Source: Bacteroidota bacterium (GTDB lineage Bacteria > Bacteroidota > Bacteroidia > Bacteroidales > GCA-2748055). From it: a stretch of DNA of 47,840 nucleotides. This document shows positions 8,701 to 16,885 of this stretch, piece after piece. The notes beneath the pieces were generated by a model. It did no database searches and had not been told where the DNA came from. It was given only the letters and a program-made list of their open reading frames with translations. The position numbers and the translations under genes were made by a program. How positions within the stretch are numbered: the stretch's first letter is position 1; every line of letters begins with the position of its first letter. The stretch is from assembly GCA_030637895.1 (NCBI GenBank), contig DAOWFP010000085.1:1-47840 (forward strand), in the 5' to 3' direction.

Positions 8701-11545
8701 AGTAGTATCCCAGTTTACCCAGGATCTGATTGCCGGTTGTAATGAGCTTGAGGTGAGTTTTACCAATCAGTCCAGCGCATCTGCCACATCCTTCCTATGG
8801 GAATTCGGGGACGGCGGTTCCACCGACGAGCGCGATCCCGATCACCTTTTCCAGAATTTCGGATTAGCTGACTCTACCTTTACTACCAGGTTGATCGCGA
8901 CCACCATTGAGAATTGCAGAGATACCTCAGAGCAGGATATTGAAGTCTATTCCTATGTGAATGCCGATTTCACCTTCAGCCAGGCAACACTATGTACTCC
9001 TTACGATCTGACCTTATTTAACTCTTCCGTGGGTGGAGTGAGTTACCTCTGGGATTTTGGTGATGGCACGGATACACTGGTCTATAATACAAATTCAGTA
9101 ACACACCGCTTTACCAATCCCTCTCCCACCACGCCGGTGAACTATACCATCGAGCTCACTGTGACCAATCCTCAGGGTTGCATCTCCATTGAAAGCAAAG
9201 AGATCAATGTGATGCCCTCCGTGGAGGCAGGTTTTACAGCCAGTATTACCGAAAGCTGTAACCCGGTTACCGTGAGTTTTACCAATACAAGCACCGGTGC
9301 GATCAGCTATGCATGGGATTTTGGCAATGGACAATCCTCGGATCAGACTAATCCTCCCATGACCTTCGAAAACTACGGATTGAACGATACGGTATTCAAT
9401 GTACGGCTGCTGGCCACCAATGTGTATACCTGCCAGGATTCCTTCTTTGTACCCATCCTGGTGCACCCCCATGTGGATGCCGACTTTGCCATAGAATACC
9501 AGAGACAGTGTTCCGTGGCCGAGGTGACCTTCCATAACTCCTCGGTGAACGGACAGCAGTATGCCTGGACCTTTAACGGAGATCCGGTGGTGACAAACAG
9601 CGCCCAGCCCATCGACCTGCAATTTCCAAACAACAGCACGGTAAGCACAGCTACCTATCCGGTTGATCTCACGGTGACAAGCGCCGAAGGATGCACCGAC
9701 TATATTGCTAAACAGGTCACCGTATTCCACCGGGTCGACGCCAGTTTTACCAGCATCGGCGAAGGATGCAATCCCCTGGATGTAATCTTTACCTCTACCT
9801 CCCAGGGAGCCCTGGATTATAAATGGGAATTCGGGGACCAAACCTCCTCCATCCTGGAGAGTCCTAATCACACCTATTTAAATGAAAGCAATGTGGATTC
9901 TGTCTACCCGGTGAAGCTGACCGTAATTTCCGAGAATTTCTGCACCGACTCCGCCTTTGGCACCATCACAGTGTTCCCCGAACCCAAGGCCAAGTTCGAT
10001 GTGGACCAGACCGTTGGATGTTCGCCGCTGAATGTAAATGTAGAGAACCTGACCGAAGCAGGAAATACCTATACCTGGACTTTTGGTGATGGGTCGGCCC
10101 CGCTGGTATTAACAGATACCTCCCCCGTATCTCACTCATACATCAATGATCAGTTAGATGCAATATACCTGGAATTACGACTGGAGGTAACGAATACCCG
10201 GGGCTGTAGTGATTTCATTACGCAGACCATTACCGTTTATCCGAGCGTTGACGTTGATTTTGAACGCGATTCAGCAGGCTGCTCTCCCTATTTCTCGCAG
10301 TTCACCAATACCTCCATCAGAGCCTCAACCTTTGTCTGGGATTTCGGAGATGGTGGTTTCTCTTACGTTAGCGAACCCGGCCATACCTTTGTTAATACAG
10401 GAGAGAATAATCTGGTGGCGAATGTGGAACTTACAGGATATTCCCAGTACGGATGCACCGACTCCTTGATCAGGCAGGTTACCGTCTATCCATCGCCTGA
10501 GGTCAGGTTCAGTTATAACCCCATATACCAGTATTTCCCAAATACAACCGTAACGCTGGTGAATGAAACCAACGCAGGAACTTATGATTTCCAATGGGAT
10601 TTTGGTGACGGACTTACATCCACAGACAGAGATCCCGGATCACATAGCTTTACAGATTGGGGAGAATACAACATCAAGCTAAGTGCATCAAACAGCCAGT
10701 GCTCCGATTCTGTTATTCACTGGATAAAGATCTTCCCACCACAACCCATAGCCGATTTCACCGTGGATATTGATACAGGTTGTGTACCCCAGTATGTTGT
10801 CTTTACTAACAACTCCCTCTATGGGGATACCTATTTGTGGGAATTTGACGATGGCAGTACATCAACCGACTTTGAACCCACCCATACATTTACCAGGGGC
10901 GGATTTTTCCAGGTCAAGCTTACGGTAACAGGAGAAGGCGGTGTGGATTATGCCTTCCATGAATTCGAGATTTATGTGCTTCCCGAGCCTGACTTCTTCA
11001 TAGAACCTACCCTGGTCATGCTGCCGGATGAGCCGGTGAAAACATTCAACCTTTCTAAATACGGCGTTACCTACCAGTGGGACTTTGGAGATGGTACAAC
11101 TTACTTTGCACAGGATACTACCTATCAATATACCCTGCCAGGTGTCTATGATGTAGGGCTCCATGCGTGGACCGAACATGGCTGTGAGGCTAACAAGATT
11201 ATCCCGGAATACATTACGGTGATTGGAGAAGGAAGCATTGTATTCCCGAATGTATTCAAACCTAATCTCTATGGTCCCACAGGTGGATTTTACAACCCGG
11301 CAGAACATATGAATGAAGTATTCTACCCGGTGTATGAAGGTGTGGTTGAATACGAACTTAGCATATTTAACCGCTGGGGAGAACGCTTATTCATCACCAA
11401 CGATATCAACCAGGGCTGGGATGGCTACTACAAAGACAACCTCTGTGAGCAGGGCGTCTATATATGGAAGTGTACGGTTACCTACGGAAATGGCACTTCG
11501 GAAAACATGGCCGGTGACCTAACCCTCCTGAAAAAACCATTCTAG
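5705..11545 (+). CDS. Giant adhesin-like protein (1946 aa). It has a signal peptide, an IgGFc-binding-protein-like N-terminal domain, about 14-15 tandem PKD domains, and a T9SS type B (gliding-motility-associated) C-terminal domain.
   Basis: The ATG at 5705 is followed by the hydrophobic signal FFLIILLLTQAVNSFSQ. EFWFVAPE... begins the N-terminal domain. The PKD signature W(D/E/T)FGDG....(H)(T/S)(F/Y) recurs about 14 times between ~7.6 and 11.1 kb. The C-terminus is a type B CTD. Confidence 0.92.
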   Translation: MQIQKLYTKGFFLIILLLTQAVNSFSQTDVEFWFVAPEITIGHGNFPGGEPVYFRVSALDLDATVRIYQPANPSGLDTTFTVPASGTVSIDASPWIDDLENRPGGIVLNKGVRITSTNLVTVYYDEDEYWNQDIFALKGSNALGLEFYTPFNEVWNNGNYNPLPYSSIDIVATEDNTQITITPTAAIVGHAAGVPFTITLNQGETYSCLATSQLAAGHLGGSHILSDKPIAVTLKDDSVAGNVCRDLIGDQTVPIVNAGGSRIVGFEYIVMRGKINLINPNAAIPDPDGIPTGERIFILATEPNTQVFIDGVPYTTITNAGEQSVYEIRNNSTHVEGDKPIMILHASGFGCELGGAVLPTIDGCTGSVEVSFTRSTDRDFYLNIMTIDAAKDGFTMHYEDGSTFVIPGTWFEPVGATDYVCLQKNNKKFANNTGGGVPQSEVVKITNSVSVFHLGLIEGGTTTGCKYGYFSDYSAARGDVLVVESGSKSIARCFGDTIQLRANGGISYSWSPSVYLDDPFIATPIATPPPGVYNYDVTLNRGCFPDTTISVIVAIAEQVESFFDTDKWYICAPDTVTFTNESFGVDWSSAANVQWDFDLQDPSNPFVYDTSSSIQRVFTNTTDSLITTTIQLVVWNSQSCISELRRDLVIRPEINAGFTNDISDGCHPVTVNFTNTSTGNTDRYKWTLGDGNSANTPNVSHTYFNQGMADSLYHVEMVAISPFFCTDTVETDIAVYPYIEAAYAIDTFQGCSPLIISIDNNSAGYIEEYEWTMDDGTVYSTSASTFTHTYTNITAAPIEYNLRLVVRNNTRGCTDTIVRVISVFPEVTSSFLQDLSSVCHGTEVTFTDQSTTTATMFEWDFGDGGFSSSKDPSHTFENMTPANVNYMVRLVATTANLCRDTSYRPVQTHPYIHAEYSVNEFQGCAPFEVVVQNASSGAISDYEWDWGDLSAPSTSGDTVLTHLYQNAGPTNVTNSLQLVVQNANNCTDTMIRDITIFPVVVSQFTQDLIAGCNELEVSFTNQSSASATSFLWEFGDGGSTDERDPDHLFQNFGLADSTFTTRLIATTIENCRDTSEQDIEVYSYVNADFTFSQATLCTPYDLTLFNSSVGGVSYLWDFGDGTDTLVYNTNSVTHRFTNPSPTTPVNYTIELTVTNPQGCISIESKEINVMPSVEAGFTASITESCNPVTVSFTNTSTGAISYAWDFGNGQSSDQTNPPMTFENYGLNDTVFNVRLLATNVYTCQDSFFVPILVHPHVDADFAIEYQRQCSVAEVTFHNSSVNGQQYAWTFNGDPVVTNSAQPIDLQFPNNSTVSTATYPVDLTVTSAEGCTDYIAKQVTVFHRVDASFTSIGEGCNPLDVIFTSTSQGALDYKWEFGDQTSSILESPNHTYLNESNVDSVYPVKLTVISENFCTDSAFGTITVFPEPKAKFDVDQTVGCSPLNVNVENLTEAGNTYTWTFGDGSAPLVLTDTSPVSHSYINDQLDAIYLELRLEVTNTRGCSDFITQTITVYPSVDVDFERDSAGCSPYFSQFTNTSIRASTFVWDFGDGGFSYVSEPGHTFVNTGENNLVANVELTGYSQYGCTDSLIRQVTVYPSPEVRFSYNPIYQYFPNTTVTLVNETNAGTYDFQWDFGDGLTSTDRDPGSHSFTDWGEYNIKLSASNSQCSDSVIHWIKIFPPQPIADFTVDIDTGCVPQYVVFTNNSLYGDTYLWEFDDGSTSTDFEPTHTFTRGGFFQVKLTVTGEGGVDYAFHEFEIYVLPEPDFFIEPTLVMLPDEPVKTFNLSKYGVTYQWDFGDGTTYFAQDTTYQYTLPGVYDVGLHAWTEHGCEANKIIPEYITVIGEGSIVFPNVFKPNLYGPTGGFYNPAEHMNEVFYPVYEGVVEYELSIFNRWGERLFITNDINQGWDGYYKDNLCEQGVYIWKCTVTYGNGTSENMAGDLTLLKKPF
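11237..11542 (+). other. T9SS type B sorting domain (CHU_C-like, last ~102 aa)
   Basis: IVFPNVFKPNLYGPTGGFYNPAEHMNEVFYPVYEGVVEYELSIFNRWGERLFITNDINQGWDGYYKDNLCEQGVYIWKCTVTY..G..ENMAGDLTLL. The PN.F.PN....N..F.P......y.l.IfNRWGe.vf......WdG......g.Y.y pattern is typical of the family. Confidence 0.8.
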
Positions 11546-11554
11546 CAGAAACAC

Positions 11555-12796
11555 TTAGAAAAATCCGGCAATGGCGAAATAGCTGGTGAGTAAGCTATAG
11601 AAGATGATCACCACCAGACTGAAGTTCATGGCTGGGCCGGCCACATACTCCTTCATCAGCGATTTTCGATTGATCAGGATGAATATGGGGATGGCGACTG
11701 CAGGCAGGATCAGTGCCTGGAAAGCCTGGGAAAACACCATCAGCAAGGGAGGTGTGGTAGAGATGAATTGCATCCCGAATCCAAACAGAACGCCCACCAG
11801 TCCCAGTATACGGTACATGGGCGATCGAATGTTCCTCTCCCTTCCAGTATAATCTGAAATGAGCCAGGGGGCTATCAAAATGATGGGGAAGATGGAGGAA
11901 ATTCCAGCCCCAACAATTCCCAGGATCAGAATGATGGCCGCAATCTTTCCCCCCAGGGGTTCAAAGAGGCTGATCATTTCCACGGTATTATTCAATTTCA
12001 TCCCCATCACATGCAAGGTCCCTGCCGAAACAGCCATGATCACCAGGCTCAGGAAAAGCATCATCGATGCAGAAACCGCCGAGTCTCTTTTTTCCAGTTT
12101 CAGATTCTTGATGGTCCAGCCCTTTTCTGCCACCACGGTGCTTCTCATGATAAATACCGCAGCAGAACAGGTTGTCCCGGTAATAGCTGCAATTAATCTT
12201 AGCGTTCCATCAGTTTTTGGTATGCTGGGCACCAGTCCACCGGCAATGGAAGAGAAACTTGGTTTTACCATAAAAAAGACGATAATAAAGGAGAGACCCA
12301 TCAAAATAACCAGGATGATCAGGAATTTTTCAAATACCTGGTATTTCCCGATCCATAACAATGCATAAAGTGCGATGACCAACACCACGGTGATCGTCAG
12401 GGTATTCCATCCCGGACCGCCAAACAAGAGTCTTGATGCTTCTTTTATCAGATCCGTGACAATCCCGAATATTCCCATCAGGGCCAGCAATTCGCCAATC
12501 ACCAGGGCAATTAAAATATAGATGGCCAATGGCTTTCCATATATGAGGTTGGTTTTAATGGTGGATAGGGCTGTCTTGCCCGATACCAGGGTAGTCTTGC
12601 CATAAGCAACCATTAATACATAGGTAAAAATACAGGACAGAACCAGCGCCCAGGTAAGTGTCATCCCGTGTTCGGCACCCACTTTTGCCATGGTGGTAAT
12701 ACTTCCTGTACCAATATTATACCCGATCAAAAAGAGTCCGGGCCCAATTGCGGTGAGCCCGATCAGAATTCTTTTAGTAAGCTTCTTTTTCTCCAT
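11555..12796 (-). CDS. Nramp-like (PF01566-type) polytopic membrane transporter, divergent; canonical metal-binding motifs are not evident
   Basis: 413 aa, about 11 hydrophobic segments. The N-terminal LTAIGPGLFLIGYNIGTGSITTMAKVGAEHG resembles the TM1 region of Bacteroidota proteins annotated as Nramp family. It lies 11 nt downstream of the nagA-like gene on the same strand. Confidence 0.65.
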   Translation of the reverse strand: MEKKKLTKRILIGLTAIGPGLFLIGYNIGTGSITTMAKVGAEHGMTLTWALVLSCIFTYVLMVAYGKTTLVSGKTALSTIKTNLIYGKPLAIYILIALVIGELLALMGIFGIVTDLIKEASRLLFGGPGWNTLTITVVLVIALYALLWIGKYQVFEKFLIILVILMGLSFIIVFFMVKPSFSSIAGGLVPSIPKTDGTLRLIAAITGTTCSAAVFIMRSTVVAEKGWTIKNLKLEKRDSAVSASMMLFLSLVIMAVSAGTLHVMGMKLNNTVEMISLFEPLGGKIAAIILILGIVGAGISSIFPIILIAPWLISDYTGRERNIRSPMYRILGLVGVLFGFGMQFISTTPPLLMVFSQAFQALILPAVAIPIFILINRKSLMKEYVAGPAMNFSLVVIIFYSLLTSYFAIAGFF

Positions 12797-12807
12797 AGAA
12801 ACAATCC

Positions 12808-14025
12808 TTACTCTTTTGAATAGACGACTTCCCCGGCAACCATAGTAAGCTGAATGTCCATAACACCATCTTCCATGGTAAAGAGGATCAGGTCGGCACG
12901 CTTCCCTGGGCTGATCTCCCCCAAATGATCCAGCCCCATCAATTGAGCCGGATTTGTACTGGCCATCCCAATGGCATCTTTAAGATCGCAGAGCGTAAAT
13001 CTCATGATATTGCTTACGCATTTGCTGACTGGCTGTACAGCTCCTGCCAGCACATTTTCTTCAGGATATTTCACCACTTCCTCAGTGAGCAAATACCTGT
13101 GACCATCCTTCTCATATTCTCCAAGGGGAAGCCCGGCAAAAGACAGGGCGTCAGAAACCAGAATGGTCCCCTGGGCACCTTTCACCTTATAGAAGGTTCT
13201 GACCTCCTCTTTTGTAAGATGAGATCCGTCGGCAATAATGGATATGGACAGACCGTCATTGGCCAGCTGTGGCCAGAGGGGATTGTGGTGCCGGTTGATT
13301 TCATTGGCACAGCCGTTCCCCAGGTGGGTGGACAGGGAGGCACCCGCCTCAACTGCCTGATCGATGATTTCAGCTGTTCCGTTATGATGGCCCAGTGAAA
13401 CTACCACCCCGTTTTCATTGCATAAGCTTATAAAGGGGATGGCTCCTTCCATTTCCGGAGCCACGGTGATGAGTCTGATCCCACCCTGAGCTGCTTCCTG
13501 GAGGGCTGAAAACTCTTGCCAGTCAGGCAGCCTGATATACTGTTCGGGATGCGCACCACGATAACCCTTGACGGGCGAAAGATAGGGCCCTTCAAGATGG
13601 AAGCCGGGAATTGATTTTCCCATCACCTTGTCATTAACAGCTCCTGCCAAAAGGGAAAAGCTCTTTTCCAGGCGCTCTTGATCACGCGTGATCACTGTGG
13701 GAAGATAAGTGGTCACCCCCTCCTTCCATAAAGCTTCAGTGGCTTCAAGCAACAACTCCCGGGTCAGTTCCTGGTCGGAAAAGTCCACGCCCATGTACCC
13801 GTTCACCTGAATATCAATCAAGCCCGGAGCCACGTAAACTTCCGGAAATCCGGTGCCTGAATCCAGGTGTTTGATTTGAGCTATTTTCCCATCAACGATC
13901 TCAATGCTAACCGGTTCGCCGTCCAGGTAAAGCAGCCCTTCCACATAGGTGGCATCTTTTTCTTCAGTACAAGCATGCATGGATATAATAACTAAAAGTA
14001 TGTAGGAGCAGGTCCGAAATCTCAT
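12808..14025 (-). CDS. nagA: N-acetylglucosamine-6-phosphate deacetylase-like amidohydrolase
   Basis: Motifs in NagA order: GLIDIQVNGYMGVDF (the Q.N variant seen in E. coli-type NagA), HLEGPYLSP, SLGHHNG, THLGNGC, IIADGSHL, LVSDAL. The ATG at 14025 adds a signal-like N-terminus. An alternative ATG at 13980 would remove it. Confidence 0.8.
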   Translation of the reverse strand: MRFRTCSYILLVIISMHACTEEKDATYVEGLLYLDGEPVSIEIVDGKIAQIKHLDSGTGFPEVYVAPGLIDIQVNGYMGVDFSDQELTRELLLEATEALWKEGVTTYLPTVITRDQERLEKSFSLLAGAVNDKVMGKSIPGFHLEGPYLSPVKGYRGAHPEQYIRLPDWQEFSALQEAAQGGIRLITVAPEMEGAIPFISLCNENGVVVSLGHHNGTAEIIDQAVEAGASLSTHLGNGCANEINRHHNPLWPQLANDGLSISIIADGSHLTKEEVRTFYKVKGAQGTILVSDALSFAGLPLGEYEKDGHRYLLTEEVVKYPEENVLAGAVQPVSKCVSNIMRFTLCDLKDAIGMASTNPAQLMGLDHLGEISPGKRADLILFTMEDGVMDIQLTMVAGEVVYSKE

Positions 14026-14113
14026 TTTTTTCTGGAATTGGTGCTGACTAATTCAGATATGAGTAATTTAGAAAGGTAAGGTAAGCAAATAAAGATATTC
14101 GTCACCATATACA

Positions 14114-15487
14114 ATGATCATGGCTTATATTGACAGGCGTTCGTTTATTAAAAAATCAGGAGTGGCCACTGCCGGGACCCTGGTTGGAAGTCAGGTTCTG
14201 GGTCAGCCTCAAAAACGAAATAGTCCCAATGACGAAGTTCAAGTGGCAGTAATCGGAATCCGCAGCAGAGGAAAGGACCATTACCGGGCCCTGTCAAAAA
14301 TACCAAATGTAAAAATTGTCACCCTGTGCGACATTGACCAGCGATTGCTTCCCGGAGCGGTTTCAGAAGTTGAAAAACTGACGGGGCATAAACCCGGTAC
14401 AGTTACGGAATACCGAAAGGTATTGGAAAATCCGGATATTGATGCGGTATCCATCGCCACACCCAACCACTGGCACGCTCTTCAAACCATTTGGGCCTGC
14501 CAGGCAGGGAAAGATGTATACGTGGAGAAGCCCGTTTCCCATACCATTCTGGAAGGAAGAAGAATGGTGGAGGCAGCCCGAAAATATGAGCGCGTGGTTC
14601 AAACAGGCACCCAGGCAAGGAGCAGACATCCAACTTTTCATGCCATCGAGTTTCTCAACGAGGGCGGACTTGGTGATATATATATGGCCAAGGGACTCTG
14701 CCTGAAACCACGTGGCAGTATCGGATATGTGAAGGATAGCAACATTCCTGAAGGGGTAAACTGGGACACCTTTCTCGGGCCCGCACCATACCGGCCCTTC
14801 AATGAAAACCGTTTTCATTATAAATGGCACTGGTTCTGGGATACAGGTAATGGTGATTTTGGGAACCAGGGGATTCACCAGGCAGATATTGGCAGGTGGG
14901 CACTGAACAAACTTACGCATCCTGTGAGGATACAGGGTTTCAGTAACTTTTTTGTCTGGAACAGCGACCAGGAAACTCCCAATATCCAGCACCTGGAGTT
15001 TGAATATGAGGATGGCCGCATTCTTCAATTCGAAGTAAGGGGCCTGGGGACCAATGCCGAGGGCGATATCAGGATTGGAAATCTGATTTTCGGATCGAAG
15101 GGATGGATGAATATGGCCAGCGAGGATGTTGGGAAATGCCAGACCTATATGAGTGATATAAAGCTTATGCCCAGCGGTTATTCATCCTACAAGGAAGAGA
15201 AGGGTCCGGAATTTATAAATGATGATCCGGCTGCCAGCGATGCTGTGGTAAATCATTTTACAAATTTCATTGACTGTGTCAGGTCCAGAAAATGGCAGGA
15301 TCTGAACGCGGATATCCTGGAAGGGCATTTGTCCACATCGCTCTGTCACCTTGGAAATATTGCATGCCGGATAAAAAAACCACTGCAGTTCAATCCACAG
15401 GGGGAGACCTTCATTGATGATCCTGAAGCAAACACTTATCTGAGCAAAGCATACAGATCTCCATATGATCTCCCTGAGGTGGTTTGA
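14114..15487 (+). CDS. Gfo/Idh/MocA-family NAD(P)-dependent oxidoreductase with a twin-arginine (Tat) signal
   Basis: The N-terminus has IDRRSFIKKSGVATAGTLVG (an RR.FIK Tat motif). The Rossmann start is VAVIGIRSRGKDH, followed by the EKP motif in DVYVEKPVSH. Confidence 0.85.
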   Translation: MIMAYIDRRSFIKKSGVATAGTLVGSQVLGQPQKRNSPNDEVQVAVIGIRSRGKDHYRALSKIPNVKIVTLCDIDQRLLPGAVSEVEKLTGHKPGTVTEYRKVLENPDIDAVSIATPNHWHALQTIWACQAGKDVYVEKPVSHTILEGRRMVEAARKYERVVQTGTQARSRHPTFHAIEFLNEGGLGDIYMAKGLCLKPRGSIGYVKDSNIPEGVNWDTFLGPAPYRPFNENRFHYKWHWFWDTGNGDFGNQGIHQADIGRWALNKLTHPVRIQGFSNFFVWNSDQETPNIQHLEFEYEDGRILQFEVRGLGTNAEGDIRIGNLIFGSKGWMNMASEDVGKCQTYMSDIKLMPSGYSSYKEEKGPEFINDDPAASDAVVNHFTNFIDCVRSRKWQDLNADILEGHLSTSLCHLGNIACRIKKPLQFNPQGETFIDDPEANTYLSKAYRSPYDLPEVV

Positions 15488-15652
15488 TCTGTTTCCGGAA
15501 GTAATCACAGCTGCCTGATCAACATATAGTTGCAGATTTGACGAAAGTGTTATAATTTGCATTGTCTCCGTATATCCCTTTGCTTAGTTAGTTTGCTTAA
15601 GCTCTTGAACTACTCTACAAAAACAGGTCTGAAATTCTAAAAGAAAGGAATC

Positions 15653-16885
15653 ATGAAAAACTGGAAGTGTTTCACAATTTTTTGTGCTGGATTACTGGTG
15701 CTGTCCTCTATCTCTTCCATCTCTGCACAGGATTGGCCCCAATGGCGTGGAGCAGACAGAGATGGAAAGGTCAATGGTTTTACTGCACCGGAGAGCTGGC
15801 CTCCGGAACTTAGCATACAATGGCAGGAATCTGTGGGCGCCGGCGATGCAACACCTGTGCTTGTGGAAAACAGGCTTTATCTCTTTACCAGACAGGGTGA
15901 TCAGGAAGTCATTCTTTGCCTGAATGCCGAAAGTGGAGCAGAACAGTGGAGGAACGAGTATACAGCTGCTGCTGTAACGGGAGCAGGTGCTCGTCACCCC
16001 GGACCAAGAAGTACTCCGGCTCTGAGCAATGGCAAAATTATCACCATCGGTGTCAGCGGAATACTCTCCTGCCTGGATGCGGGCAGTGGCGAACTGTTAT
16101 GGCGCAAAGATCCCTTTCCCGGAATTGTGCCCATGTTCTTCACCTCCATGTCGCCCATCATCGTTGATGGCTTGTGCATTGCACACCTGGGCGGAGCAGA
16201 CAACGGGGCAATTATCGCCTACGATATGGACACTGGAAATGAGCTTTGGCGCTGGGCCGAAGAGGGGCCCGATTATGGTTCCCCTGTCCTGTTAAAAATA
16301 TCGGGCAGGAAGCTAATTGTTACACCAACGGAAAAGAGCATCGTTGCAGTGGATCTTGCTGATGGAAAGCTGATCTGGAAACTTCCTTTTCTTCCACAGA
16401 GAAGAGCATATAATGCGGCCACTCCCATTGTAAACGGGAATACCGTTATTTATACCGGGGCTGGACGGGGTACGAATGCCGTGAAGATCGAAAAGCAGGG
16501 GGAGGAATTCGTTGTCAGTGAGCTCTGGTCCAATGCAGAGTTGTCTGTACAGTTCAGTACTCCCGTGTTAAAACAGGACCTGCTCTACGGTTATACAAAT
16601 ACCGGTAGTTTGTTTTGCATAGATGCGCTGACGGGACAAACTGCCTGGACCGATACCATCCAGCATGACCGCAGTGGGTTTGCTGCGATTCTCGATGTGG
16701 GCCCTGTGATCATGGCTCTACCCAGCAGCTCTGAATTGATTGTTTTTAAGCCTGTTAAAGAGAGATACTCCGAGCTTGCAAAAATCAAGATCGCTGATAA
16801 GCCAAGCTACGCCACACCTGTTATTGCAGGCAGCAGCATCTATATCAAGGACGAGACAACAATCACCTTATGGAAGATCAAATGA
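15653..16885 (+). CDS. Secreted PQQ-like (BamB-like) beta-propeller repeat protein
   Basis: The signal peptide ends ISSISAQ, then DWPQWRGADRDG, followed by repeated ...G.(L/I)W... blades (LLWRKD, ELWRWA, LIWKLP, TAWTD). Confidence 0.8.
   Translation: MKNWKCFTIFCAGLLVLSSISSISAQDWPQWRGADRDGKVNGFTAPESWPPELSIQWQESVGAGDATPVLVENRLYLFTRQGDQEVILCLNAESGAEQWRNEYTAAAVTGAGARHPGPRSTPALSNGKIITIGVSGILSCLDAGSGELLWRKDPFPGIVPMFFTSMSPIIVDGLCIAHLGGADNGAIIAYDMDTGNELWRWAEEGPDYGSPVLLKISGRKLIVTPTEKSIVAVDLADGKLIWKLPFLPQRRAYNAATPIVNGNTVIYTGAGRGTNAVKIEKQGEEFVVSELWSNAELSVQFSTPVLKQDLLYGYTNTGSLFCIDALTGQTAWTDTIQHDRSGFAAILDVGPVIMALPSSSELIVFKPVKERYSELAKIKIADKPSYATPVIAGSSIYIKDETTITLWKIK

Noticed and set aside
6344-11308. Numerous 60-258-aa ORFs, mostly antisense with one out-of-frame, inside the PKD giant gene (for example 9095-9871, 7306-7689, 10862-11308)
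   Set aside because: All lie within one long uninterrupted frame that has clear domain repeats. Long antisense ORFs are expected in GC-moderate repeat-rich coding DNA, and none has an independent signal.
11859-15028. Long antisense ORFs inside the Nramp-like gene (11859-12368), nagA (12925-13398) and the Gfo/Idh/MocA gene (14363-15028)
   Set aside because: Each is fully contained in a motif-supported gene on the other strand.
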